DNA of 32,000 bases from Thermaerobacter marianensis DSM 12885 (lineage in GTDB: Bacteria > Bacillota > Sulfobacillia > Thermaerobacterales > Thermaerobacteraceae). The notes below the pieces were generated by a model. It worked only from the letters and a program-made list of their open reading frames with translations. It was not told the origin of the DNA and did not search any database. Location: positions 2,812,644-2,844,643 of the forward strand of contig NC_014831.1 of NCBI RefSeq assembly GCF_000184705.1, read 5' to 3'. Every line of letters begins with the position of its first letter. Position 1 is the first letter of the stretch. The position numbers were made by a program, and so were the translations under genes. Of this stretch, positions 1 through 7,149 are shown in pieces.

Positions 1-1
1 C

Positions 2-1741
2 ACCCTGGCCGCGTTCATCCGCGGGCCGGAGATCTACTGGCGCCAGCCGGAGCGGGCCAAGGGGCGCCGCGACTGGGTGCTCTCGCGCATGGCCGAGCTG
101 GGGATGATCACCCCCGAGCAGGCGCGCCGGGCCCAGGCGCAGCCCCTGGTGCTGCGGCCGCCCGACGAGCCGGACACCCGCGCCCCCTACTTCGTGGACT
201 ACGTGCGGGACCGGCTGGGGGCCGAGGTACCCGAACTGGCCGGCCAGCTCTACACAGGCGGGTTCCGCATCTACACCACCCTGGACCTGGACATGCAGCA
301 GGCGGCGGAGGCGGCCGTGGCCCGCCTCGACGAACTGGTGGCCCCCCTGGGCGCGTACCGTGGGGTCCCCCAGCCCCAGGTGGCCCTGGTGGCGCTGGAT
401 CCGGCTACGGGCGCCATCCGCGCCATGGTGGGCGGGCGCGACTTCGCGACCACCCCGCTCAACCGGGCGGTGCAGGCGCGGCGGCAGCCGGGATCCGCCT
501 TCAAGCCGTTTCTGTACACGGCCGTACTGGCGGCGGCCGAGCCCATCACCAGCCCCGTGGCCTGCCGGCTGCGCCAGTACCCCGGGGGCGAGAGGGGCGA
601 ACCCTACACGCCCCGTGACTACGGTCGGGACGGCTACCACAATGCCTTCCTGGACATCCGCCAGGCCGTGGCCATTTCCGACAACGTGGTAGCCGTCGAG
701 TGGATGAACCGGATGAAACCCAGCCGGGTGGCGGCCCTGGCACGGCGCATGGGGATCACCTCCCCCCTGACCACCCAGCACCTGACGCTGGCTCTGGGCG
801 AGTCCGAGGTCACGCCCCTGGAGCTGGCCCGGGGCTACGCCACCCTGGCCAACCTGGGCCAGCGGGTCGATCCCTTCGCCATCCTGCGGGTGGAAGACCG
901 CGATGGGACGGTCCTCTTCCGCCAGGCCCCCCGGCTCGAGCGGGTCCTGGCACCTGAGGTGGCCTGGCTGGTGACCGACGTCCTCAAGAGCGTCTTCGAC
1001 CCGGCGTACGGTGGCACCGGGCGCGCCCTGGCCATCGGCCGGCCGGCGGCGGGCAAGACGGGGACCACCGACGCGTCCCGCGATGTGTGGTTCGTCGGCT
1101 ACACGCCGGACCTGGTGGCCGCGGTGTGGGTCGGCAGTGACGATTTCCAGCCAGTGCTGCTGCCCGGCGGGGCGGGGGCCACCGGCAGCAGCACCGCCGG
1201 CCGCATCTGGCAGGCCTTCATGCGGGCCGCGCTGGACGGGAGGCCGGCGCGGGATTGGGCGCGGCCCGACGGGGTGGTGCGGGCCAGCGCCTGCACGCTC
1301 ACGGGCTCCCTGGACGATCCCCGCTTCCAGTGGCGGGAGGAGTGGTTCCTCGCCGGACACGTCCCGCCTCCGAACTGCCTGGCCCTGCTCCAGGACCCCT
1401 ACGTGCGGGAAGACCTGGCGGCTGCGGGCCGGGCACCCCGGGGCCTGCTGCCCGTCCCCCTACCTTCCCTGCCCGGGCTGCCGGGCCTGCCGGGCTTGAT
1501 GCCACCAGAGACCGCACCCGGGCCGGACGGAGGCGCCAATCCGGAGGGTGGGGCGGCACCCGGCGACCTGGAGCCCGGTGAGGGGCAGAGCCGCGACCAG
1601 GACGGCAGGGCCGTTCCCGGCGGCGGCGCGGGACCAGGTGATGGCGGTGCGGGCGGGGGCGGGGATCCGGGTGGAGGTCGTGACGATGCCGCGGAGGCGG
1701 CGCCGGATGCGGGCGACGCCTCCCCGATCCCACCGCCCTGA
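2..1741 (+). CDS. Class A penicillin-binding protein (PBP1A-type transglycosylase/transpeptidase), C-terminal part; 5' end lies outside the window
   Basis: Frame is open from the window edge (TLAAFIRGPEIYWRQPERAKGRRDWVLSRM...), so the GTG at 77 is internal. Transpeptidase motifs SAFK (SxxK), SDN (SxN) and KTGTT (KTG) are present. Ends in a Pro/Gly/Asp-rich low-complexity tail. Confidence 0.9.
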   Translation, partial: TLAAFIRGPEIYWRQPERAKGRRDWVLSRMAELGMITPEQARRAQAQPLVLRPPDEPDTRAPYFVDYVRDRLGAEVPELAGQLYTGGFRIYTTLDLDMQQAAEAAVARLDELVAPLGAYRGVPQPQVALVALDPATGAIRAMVGGRDFATTPLNRAVQARRQPGSAFKPFLYTAVLAAAEPITSPVACRLRQYPGGERGEPYTPRDYGRDGYHNAFLDIRQAVAISDNVVAVEWMNRMKPSRVAALARRMGITSPLTTQHLTLALGESEVTPLELARGYATLANLGQRVDPFAILRVEDRDGTVLFRQAPRLERVLAPEVAWLVTDVLKSVFDPAYGGTGRALAIGRPAAGKTGTTDASRDVWFVGYTPDLVAAVWVGSDDFQPVLLPGGAGATGSSTAGRIWQAFMRAALDGRPARDWARPDGVVRASACTLTGSLDDPRFQWREEWFLAGHVPPPNCLALLQDPYVREDLAAAGRAPRGLLPVPLPSLPGLPGLPGLMPPETAPGPDGGANPEGGAAPGDLEPGEGQSRDQDGRAVPGGGAGPGDGGAGGGGDPGGGRDDAAEAAPDAGDASPIPPP

Positions 1742-1770
1742 GACCGGCTCCGGCGGGGCAACCCACGAAG

Positions 1771-1790
1771 GCCGCCGCCAGGCGGGGCCA
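1771..1790. terminator. Imperfect GC hairpin between convergent PBP and rlmH genes (possible bidirectional terminator)
   Basis: GGCCGCCGCCAGGCGGGGCC sits between two convergent stop codons (1741 and 1853). On the minus strand it is followed by TTCGTGGGTTG. No clean U-tract. Confidence 0.3.
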
Positions 1791-1852
1791 CGCTGCCCGG
1801 ATCGCCGCCGGCGGGCCGGAACGGCGGTGCGGTACCGGCCGGGTCCGCCAGA

Positions 1853-2338
1853 TCAGTAGTGGTAGGGTTCGCCCCGCAGGATGCGGAAGGCCCGGTAGAG
1901 CTGTTCCAGGAGGATCACCGGGACCATCTGGTGGGGAAAGGTCAGGTGGGACAGGGACCAGCGCTCCCGGGCGCGATCCAGCACCGCCGGCGCCAGGCCC
2001 AGCGGTCCGCCGATGAGGAAGGCCAGCCGGCCGTCGCCCGCGACCATGCGCTGGTTGAGCCACTCCGCCACGTCTTCGGAGGTCAGGGTGCGGCCGCGCC
2101 GGTCCAGGGCCACGGCGTAGGCGTCCGGGGACAGGGCCGCCAGCAACCGCCGGCCCTCGGCCTCCAGGACCCGGGTCACCTCACCCTGGGAGAGGCGGGC
2201 CGGCACGGGCTCGCCGGGCACCCGCCGCTGGCTCACCCGGGCGTAGCGGCCGAGGCGGCGTTCGTACTCCTCCGCCGCCCGGCGCAGCGCCGGCTGGTCC
2301 AGGTCGCCCACGGCCAGCAGTTCGATGTGGACGGGCAA
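1853..2338 (-). CDS. rlmH: 23S rRNA (pseudouridine1915-N3)-methyltransferase RlmH (SPOUT family)
   Basis: 161 aa with a full-length match to the RlmH/YbeA pattern (MPVHIELLAVG... ending GEPYHY). TTG start preceded by GGGGGTG. Confidence 0.9.
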   Translation of the reverse strand: MPVHIELLAVGDLDQPALRRAAEEYERRLGRYARVSQRRVPGEPVPARLSQGEVTRVLEAEGRRLLAALSPDAYAVALDRRGRTLTSEDVAEWLNQRMVAGDGRLAFLIGGPLGLAPAVLDRARERWSLSHLTFPHQMVPVILLEQLYRAFRILRGEPYHY

Positions 2339-2534
2339 CGGCGTTCACCCCCGGCCCCATGATGCCCCAAATGCCGGGAGCGGCCAACCGGGTCGCCTTC
2401 CGCTGAAATGCCGGCCGCGCCTCAGCGGGGTGTTCCGGACGAGGGCACCGGCGGCACAACGACCGGGACCAAGGCGGGCAGGCCAAACCCGGCTGGCGCC
2501 GGGGGCCGACCCATTGGGAGCTGCGACCAGGCCT

Positions 2535-3845
2535 TCACCGGCCCAACTCCGCCAACCGCACGGCGACCCGCCGGATGCCGCCGTCGCCGGCCACCGCGAG
2601 GACCACCGGCTGGCCCGCGGCCTTGCCGTCGATGATCCGCAGCAGGTCCACCGAATCCCGCACCGGCTCGCCGTCGCAGCCCACCACCACCTGCCCGCGG
2701 CGCAGGCCGGCCCGGGCCGCCGGCGAGCCGGGTTCGACCCGCCAGATCACCGCGCCGTGCCCCTGGGACAGGGCCGTGGCGAACTGGAGGGCCCAGGCCG
2801 GGTCTTCCCGGGCCAGGGCGGTGACCTGGACCACGTCCACCACTTCGACGCCCAGGGCGGGGCGGCGGACCCGGCCGTAACGGACAAGGTCGCTGGCGAT
2901 GCGGCGCACGTCGTTGGCAGGGATGGCGAAACCCAGGCCCTCGAAGTGGTCCTGGGGCCCGCCGCCGGCGATTTTGACGGTGTTGATGCCGATGACCCGG
3001 CCGCGGGCGTCCACCAGGGCACCGCCGCTGTTTCCGGGGTTGATGGCGGCGTCGGTCTGGATCAGGCGGAAGATGCGCTCGCCGACCACGGGGGCGCCGG
3101 CGGCCGGCGGGGGAACCGGCTGGAAGAGCTCTTCCCGCACGCCGCTGACGATCCCCAGGCTCACGGAGTGGAAGAGCCCCGCCGGGCTGCCGATGGCGGC
3201 CACCCACTGGCCGACGCGCACCCGGTCGGAGTCGGCGAAGCGGGCTGGCTTGAGTTCCCCGGCCACCTGGGGATCCACCCGGAGGACGGCCAGGTCGGAG
3301 TAAGGGTAGTCCTCGGCCACCAGGCGGGCGGGCACACGCCGGCCTCCGGGCAGCAGCACCTCGATGCGCTGGGGGTGGACGTCGCGGACCCGGGGAGGGT
3401 CCCCCGCACCGCCGGTCCCCGGGCCGCCGCGCTCGCGCCCGGTGCCCGGGCCGGGGCCGGGTTCGTCCCCGCCGGTTCCCGCCGGAACCAGCGTAGAGAC
3501 CACGTGATGGTTGGTGACGATGAACCCGCGGGCGTCGATGATCACGCCCGCGCCCGTGGCGCGGGCGGCCACCACCGAGCCCCCGGTCACGGGGTGGCGG
3601 CGCAGGTAGGTGCTGATCACCCCGACCACGGAGGGGCCGGCGATGCGCTGGACGGCTTCGGCGGGGGACGACGTGCCGGGCGGGGCGATGGGCGAGGTCC
3701 AGGGGCCCACGGCGCCGGGCTTCGCCAGCCAGGCGGCGGCGCCAGCGCCGACCAGCCCGCCCGCCGCGCCGGCCAGCAGCGCCAGCACCCATCCCCGGGC
3801 CAGCCAGCGCGCGGCGCGGAGGGCCGCTTCCCGGAACCGGCTCAC
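2535..3845 (-). CDS. htrA: HtrA/DegP-family trypsin-like serine protease with C-terminal PDZ domain
   Basis: Catalytic motifs TNHHV (His) and GNSGGAL (Ser), an N-terminal TM segment and a PDZ-like C-terminus. Start moved to the in-frame GTG at 3845 because GAGGAGG lies 7 nt upstream; the 73 codons upstream in the track ORF are P/R/W-rich junk. Confidence 0.9.
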   Translation of the reverse strand: MSRFREAALRAARWLARGWVLALLAGAAGGLVGAGAAAWLAKPGAVGPWTSPIAPPGTSSPAEAVQRIAGPSVVGVISTYLRRHPVTGGSVVAARATGAGVIIDARGFIVTNHHVVSTLVPAGTGGDEPGPGPGTGRERGGPGTGGAGDPPRVRDVHPQRIEVLLPGGRRVPARLVAEDYPYSDLAVLRVDPQVAGELKPARFADSDRVRVGQWVAAIGSPAGLFHSVSLGIVSGVREELFQPVPPPAAGAPVVGERIFRLIQTDAAINPGNSGGALVDARGRVIGINTVKIAGGGPQDHFEGLGFAIPANDVRRIASDLVRYGRVRRPALGVEVVDVVQVTALAREDPAWALQFATALSQGHGAVIWRVEPGSPAARAGLRRGQVVVGCDGEPVRDSVDLLRIIDGKAAGQPVVLAVAGDGGIRRVAVRLAELGR

Positions 3846-3861
3846 GGGCTTGCCTCCTCGT

Positions 3862-4917
3862 TCAATCGGCCGCCGGTGCCCCGGAGACCAGGCGGGCCGG
3901 TTCCACCCCGTAGACCTGCCGCACCGCGGCGGCGAAGGGCCGCCCCGCGGCCAGGGTGGAGGCCAGGCGGGCCAGGGCGCCAGGCCCGCTCCGGGCGACC
4001 AGCCGGTCGTACACGCAGAGGGCCGCCCCGTACGCCTCGTCGGTGGGCAGGGAGGCGAAGGCACCGTTGAGGTCCTCCCACGCCACCGGCGGGCAGCTCT
4101 CGGCCCACCCGAAGGTGAAGCCCGTCACGGCCCGGTCTACGGCCTGGGCCAGCCCTTCGGTGAACCAGGCGGGGTAGTTGCCCAACGCGGCCCGGTCCAG
4201 CAGCCAGTGGGCCAGCTCGTGGGGCACCGGTCCCAGGCGCGCAAAGGTCTCCCGGTCACCCGCCCACGTCATCGGGTCGGCCACGTGGATCACCCCCGCG
4301 GCGTAGAACCCCAGGGGCGGGTCCTGCGGGTCCCATCCGAAGGTACGCGCCAGGTCTGCCGGGGATGCGTGCACGATGAACACCGCCGGCTGGACGGGAA
4401 CCGGCAGACCCGTCACCCGTGCCACCCGCGGCAGGGACTCCAGGGCGTAGTCCCGGACCCAGACGGCCCCCTGCCGGTGTCCGGCCGGGTATACGACCTG
4501 GACGGCGCCGGCGTCCAGGCGCTCCCACCCGGGACGGGGCAGCTGGGCCGCCGCCCGCGCGCCGGCCACCCGCGCCACCCACGCTGCCTGGCCGGCACGC
4601 ACGGTGGGCGAGGCCCCGCCCAGGACGACGTCCAGGGCCAGAACCATCAGCAGCAGGCCCACCAGCGCCGCGATCCCGCGCAGCGGGCGCGCCCGGCGCG
4701 GGCCCCGGACCGGCGGGACCGGCGGCGGTCCCATCGCCTGGCCATGGGAGCCTGCCCGCTGGGAAGACCCGCCGTCCCCGGCATGTTGCGGGCCGGGGCC
4801 GGAGGCCGGGGCCGGAGGCAGGGCCGGCGCGCCGGCTCCCGTCGAGCCGGCAGCGGGCGGCTCCAGCGTCCCATCCATCGCGACGCATCGGTTGGTGAAT
4901 GCGAAGCGAACGCCCAT
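3862..4917 (-). CDS. Membrane-anchored MA-clan zinc metallopeptidase-like protein (HExxH; Peptidase_MA_2-like)
   Basis: HELAH followed by WFTEGLAQAV (HExxH ... EGxA pattern of the MA_2 family) and a single TM segment (IAALVGLLLMVLALDVVL). ATG at 4917 is preceded by GGAGGAGGAG. The stop lies 17 nt from the htrA start, so they are probably co-transcribed. Confidence 0.6.
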   Translation of the reverse strand: MGVRFAFTNRCVAMDGTLEPPAAGSTGAGAPALPPAPASGPGPQHAGDGGSSQRAGSHGQAMGPPPVPPVRGPRRARPLRGIAALVGLLLMVLALDVVLGGASPTVRAGQAAWVARVAGARAAAQLPRPGWERLDAGAVQVVYPAGHRQGAVWVRDYALESLPRVARVTGLPVPVQPAVFIVHASPADLARTFGWDPQDPPLGFYAAGVIHVADPMTWAGDRETFARLGPVPHELAHWLLDRAALGNYPAWFTEGLAQAVDRAVTGFTFGWAESCPPVAWEDLNGAFASLPTDEAYGAALCVYDRLVARSGPGALARLASTLAAGRPFAAAVRQVYGVEPARLVSGAPAAD

Positions 4918-5032
4918 CGTGGCTCCTCCTCCGGCTTCTCCCGCCTTCCTTTGTACAGCGGAGCCGGAGCAGGTACCACGTAAGAACTGCCACGGGCCTT
5001 GGGTCGTATCGCGAGGCGGCGCCTTACGTGAC

Positions 5033-5053
5033 GGCGGCAAAGTGGCGGCAAAG
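5033..5053. repeat. 11-bp tandem duplication GGCGGCAAAG-t-GGCGGCAAAG in an intergenic region
   Basis: Exact 10-mers at 5033-5042 and 5044-5053. A degenerate copy (GGCAACAAAG, 5065-5074) lies 21 bp further on. Confidence 0.7.
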
Positions 5054-5064
5054 AATCGGGGGAA

Positions 5065-5102
5065 GGCAACAAAGAGGCGGCCCGGGCCATGCCGTGCCGC
5101 CT
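5065..5102 (-). terminator. Rho-independent terminator candidate downstream of the M23 peptidase gene
   Basis: Minus strand reads AGGCGGC-(14 nt)-GCCGCCT followed by CTTTGTTGCC. It lies about 85 nt after the stop at 5188. Confidence 0.5.
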
Positions 5103-5187
5103 TCGTCCTCGTGTCGATCGGGCTTCCCCTGCGGACTCGCTGGTGATGACCGTCACGGCCCCGGTTGCGGTGGCCCGGCAGCCTCCC

Positions 5188-6597
5188 TCAGGGCAAGTAA
5201 GGCCAGGGCGATACGGCGCAACTGGGGCTGGTACAGCGCCGGACCTCGAAGTGCAGGTGCGAGCCCGTGCTGTAGCCCGTGCTGCCCACGTACCCGATGA
5301 CCTCGCCCTGCGCCACGCCCTGCCCGGTCCGGACGGCGATGCGGCTCAAGTGGGCGTAGAAGGTGTACAGGCCGCCCTCATGGCGAATCTGTACAGCGTA
5401 CCCGTAAGCGCCGTCCCAACCGGTGCTGACCACGGTCCCGCCGTCGGCCGCTCGCACCGCCTGGCCTGTCACGCCGTCGATGTCGATGCCGGTGTGCACC
5501 GAGCCCCAGCGGGGACCGTAGTTGGAGGTGATGCGCCCGCGCAGCGGCCAGATGAACCGGCCCGTGCTGACGCCGGCGACGGGCTTGGTGCCGATGACCA
5601 CAATCCGGTCCACCGGCTCGCGGGTCACCTCTTCCTTGACTTTCACCCGGTCCACGATACGGCCGTCCTGGCGGCGGATGGCATAGGTGATGGTCTTTTC
5701 GCCGTACTCGCCTTCCTGCTTGACCCGCTGCTGGCCGGCTTCCAGCTTGTCGTCGTACTCGCGGCGGGTGGCGAAGGGCACCCGCTCGGAGACCACCAGC
5801 ACCTCTTCCGACTCGAAGCTGATCCACTGCTCGGGAACGTTAAGCCGCAGCTCCTGGCCGGGCTGCAAGTGCTCCGGGTCCACGTCGGGGTTGGCCGCCA
5901 GCAGATCGTCGACGCTCATCCCGTTGGCGGAGGCGATGGTCCAGGGCGACTCGCCCTCCTTGACCACGTGCACCTTCTCTTCTTCCTTGCCGGCGGCCAG
6001 CCGCGCCAGGACCTGGACGGCGTCCTGGACCTGCTCGACGGGTACGTTGTCCCGCTCCTCGAAGCGAACCTTCTGCCGGATGGTGACCTTGCGGACCTCC
6101 AGCTTGCCGCCCTTGACGCTGGACTGCAGCTCCCGCACATACCGCGCCTTGAGCTGGTCCAGCACCGACTGGGCCGCTTCCCTGGATGGCAGCGCCGCCA
6201 CTTCCTGACCGTCGACCACCAGCACGGTCGCGCGCGTCAGGAAGTCGCCCGCTGCCCGCAACCGGTCGGCCAGCGCCTGCAGCGACAGGGTCTCGTACCG
6301 GTCTTGGGTGACGATCTGCTCCACCGACGGCGGGCTGGCGAGGTACACGGGGAAGCCGTACTCGCGGCTGGCGTCGCGCTCGGCCAGGGCCACGGCATCG
6401 CCCACGGTTTGCTGGCCGGCCACGTACCCCAGCGTCTCGCCCTTCATCACCACGCGGTAATAGGTGGACTGGGACTGGACGTACACGGTGGCCCCGAACA
6501 GGTAGACCACGATCCCGGCAGGGATGAGGGCAACCCACCACCTCCGGCTCCCCGGCGGTGCGTGGGAGCCAAAGAACGACAAGATTCGATTGACCAC
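5188..6597 (-). CDS. Peptidoglycan DD-metalloendopeptidase (M23 family) with LysM and G5 domains
   Basis: C-terminal M23 motifs (HTGIDI ... GSTGYSTGSHLHFEV). LysM-like segment (ESPWTIASANGMSVDDLLAANP...LQPGQEL). G5-like segment (YGEKTITYAIRRQDGRIVDRVKVKEEVTREPVDRIVVIGTKP). N-terminal TM segment. Start uncertain: the GTG at 6597 is preceded by GGGGAGGGAG, while the track ORF starts at a TTG at 6681 with no SD. Confidence 0.85.
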   Translation of the reverse strand: MVNRILSFFGSHAPPGSRRWWVALIPAGIVVYLFGATVYVQSQSTYYRVVMKGETLGYVAGQQTVGDAVALAERDASREYGFPVYLASPPSVEQIVTQDRYETLSLQALADRLRAAGDFLTRATVLVVDGQEVAALPSREAAQSVLDQLKARYVRELQSSVKGGKLEVRKVTIRQKVRFEERDNVPVEQVQDAVQVLARLAAGKEEEKVHVVKEGESPWTIASANGMSVDDLLAANPDVDPEHLQPGQELRLNVPEQWISFESEEVLVVSERVPFATRREYDDKLEAGQQRVKQEGEYGEKTITYAIRRQDGRIVDRVKVKEEVTREPVDRIVVIGTKPVAGVSTGRFIWPLRGRITSNYGPRWGSVHTGIDIDGVTGQAVRAADGGTVVSTGWDGAYGYAVQIRHEGGLYTFYAHLSRIAVRTGQGVAQGEVIGYVGSTGYSTGSHLHFEVRRCTSPSCAVSPWPYLP

Positions 6598-6786
6598 GAG
6601 CCGATGCTCCCTCCCCGGAGGATGCGGAACCCATGGAAGGATTCGCACCGCCGGGGCTCTTTCCTGCCGGTTGGCAAGCAAGTGTTACAAATTTTTTGCG
6701 GCGCGGCGCAAGCCCTGTAACAGATGGCCGCTGGCGGTCGAGGCCTGCGTGCGCGGGTCACGTCATGAGGGCCGTCCGTCAAGGTG

Positions 6787-6828
6787 CAACAACAAAAGCG
6801 GCGCGGCGGGTCGATCCCGCCGCGCCGC
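6787..6828 (-). terminator. Rho-independent terminator after tRNA-Thr
   Basis: Minus strand has a perfect 13-bp stem, GCGGCGCGGCGGG-atcga-CCCGCCGCGCCGC, followed by TTTTGTTGTTG. Confidence 0.85.
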
Positions 6829-6874
6829 ACCAACAGACCGGTCCAATGGGTAGCGTCGATGCGCTACTGGGGTG

Positions 6875-6947
6875 AGCTGGTGGCCGGATTCGAACCGGCG
6901 ACCTGCGCATTACGAGTGCGCTGCTCTGCCTGCTGAGCTACACCAGC
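6875..6947 (-). tRNA. tRNA-Thr (anticodon CGT)
   Basis: Hand-folded cloverleaf of 73 nt: acceptor GCTGGTG/CACCAGC, D arm GCTC/GAGC, anticodon stem GCGCA/TGCGC with loop CTCGTAA, T arm GCCGG-TTCGAAT-CCGGC. CCA is not encoded. Confidence 0.95.
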
Positions 6948-7119
6948 CTGTGGCCCGACCGAAGATCCTGCGGTCCTGTCCGTAATGGCGATTGGCGGAC
7001 CGCCACCCGCGCTTGCGGCTTTGGGCTCCCTTCGCCGGGGACCTGCCCGGCGCGGCTTCGTCCGGGGCGCGTCGGGCATGGCGCGCCGCGAACGTCCCGG
7101 CACCGTGCAGGCCACACCC

Positions 7120-7149
7120 ATTCTAGGACCCGCCCGCCGGTGCCGTCAA
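7120..7149 (-). promoter_or_regulatory. Sigma-A-type promoter TTGACG-N18-TAGAAT upstream of tRNA-Thr
   Basis: Minus strand reads TTGACG (7149-7144), an 18-nt spacer, then TAGAAT (7125-7120). The architecture is nearly identical to the tRNA-Asp promoter. The TAG stop of the upstream CDS lies inside the -10 hexamer. The tRNA 5' end is about 166 nt downstream. Confidence 0.6.

Noticed and set aside
2325-4070. 581-aa plus-strand ORF, with sister ORFs at 2422-3792 and 3610-4983, overlapping htrA and the MA-peptidase gene
   Set aside because: Arg/Pro/Gly/Ala-dominated translation with no recognisable motifs and no SD. It is antisense or out of frame to ORFs with clear protease motifs, a typical shadow ORF of very GC-rich DNA.
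4276-4291. parS-like core GGCCACGTGGATCA inside the MA-peptidase gene
   Set aside because: Only the central CCACGTGG matches. Both outer half-site arms (TGTT/AACA) are missing and the sequence is not palindromic.
5089-6720. 543-aa plus-strand ORF antisense to the M23/LysM peptidase gene
   Set aside because: Low-complexity composition and no domain signatures, whereas the opposite strand encodes complete LysM, G5 and M23 motifs.
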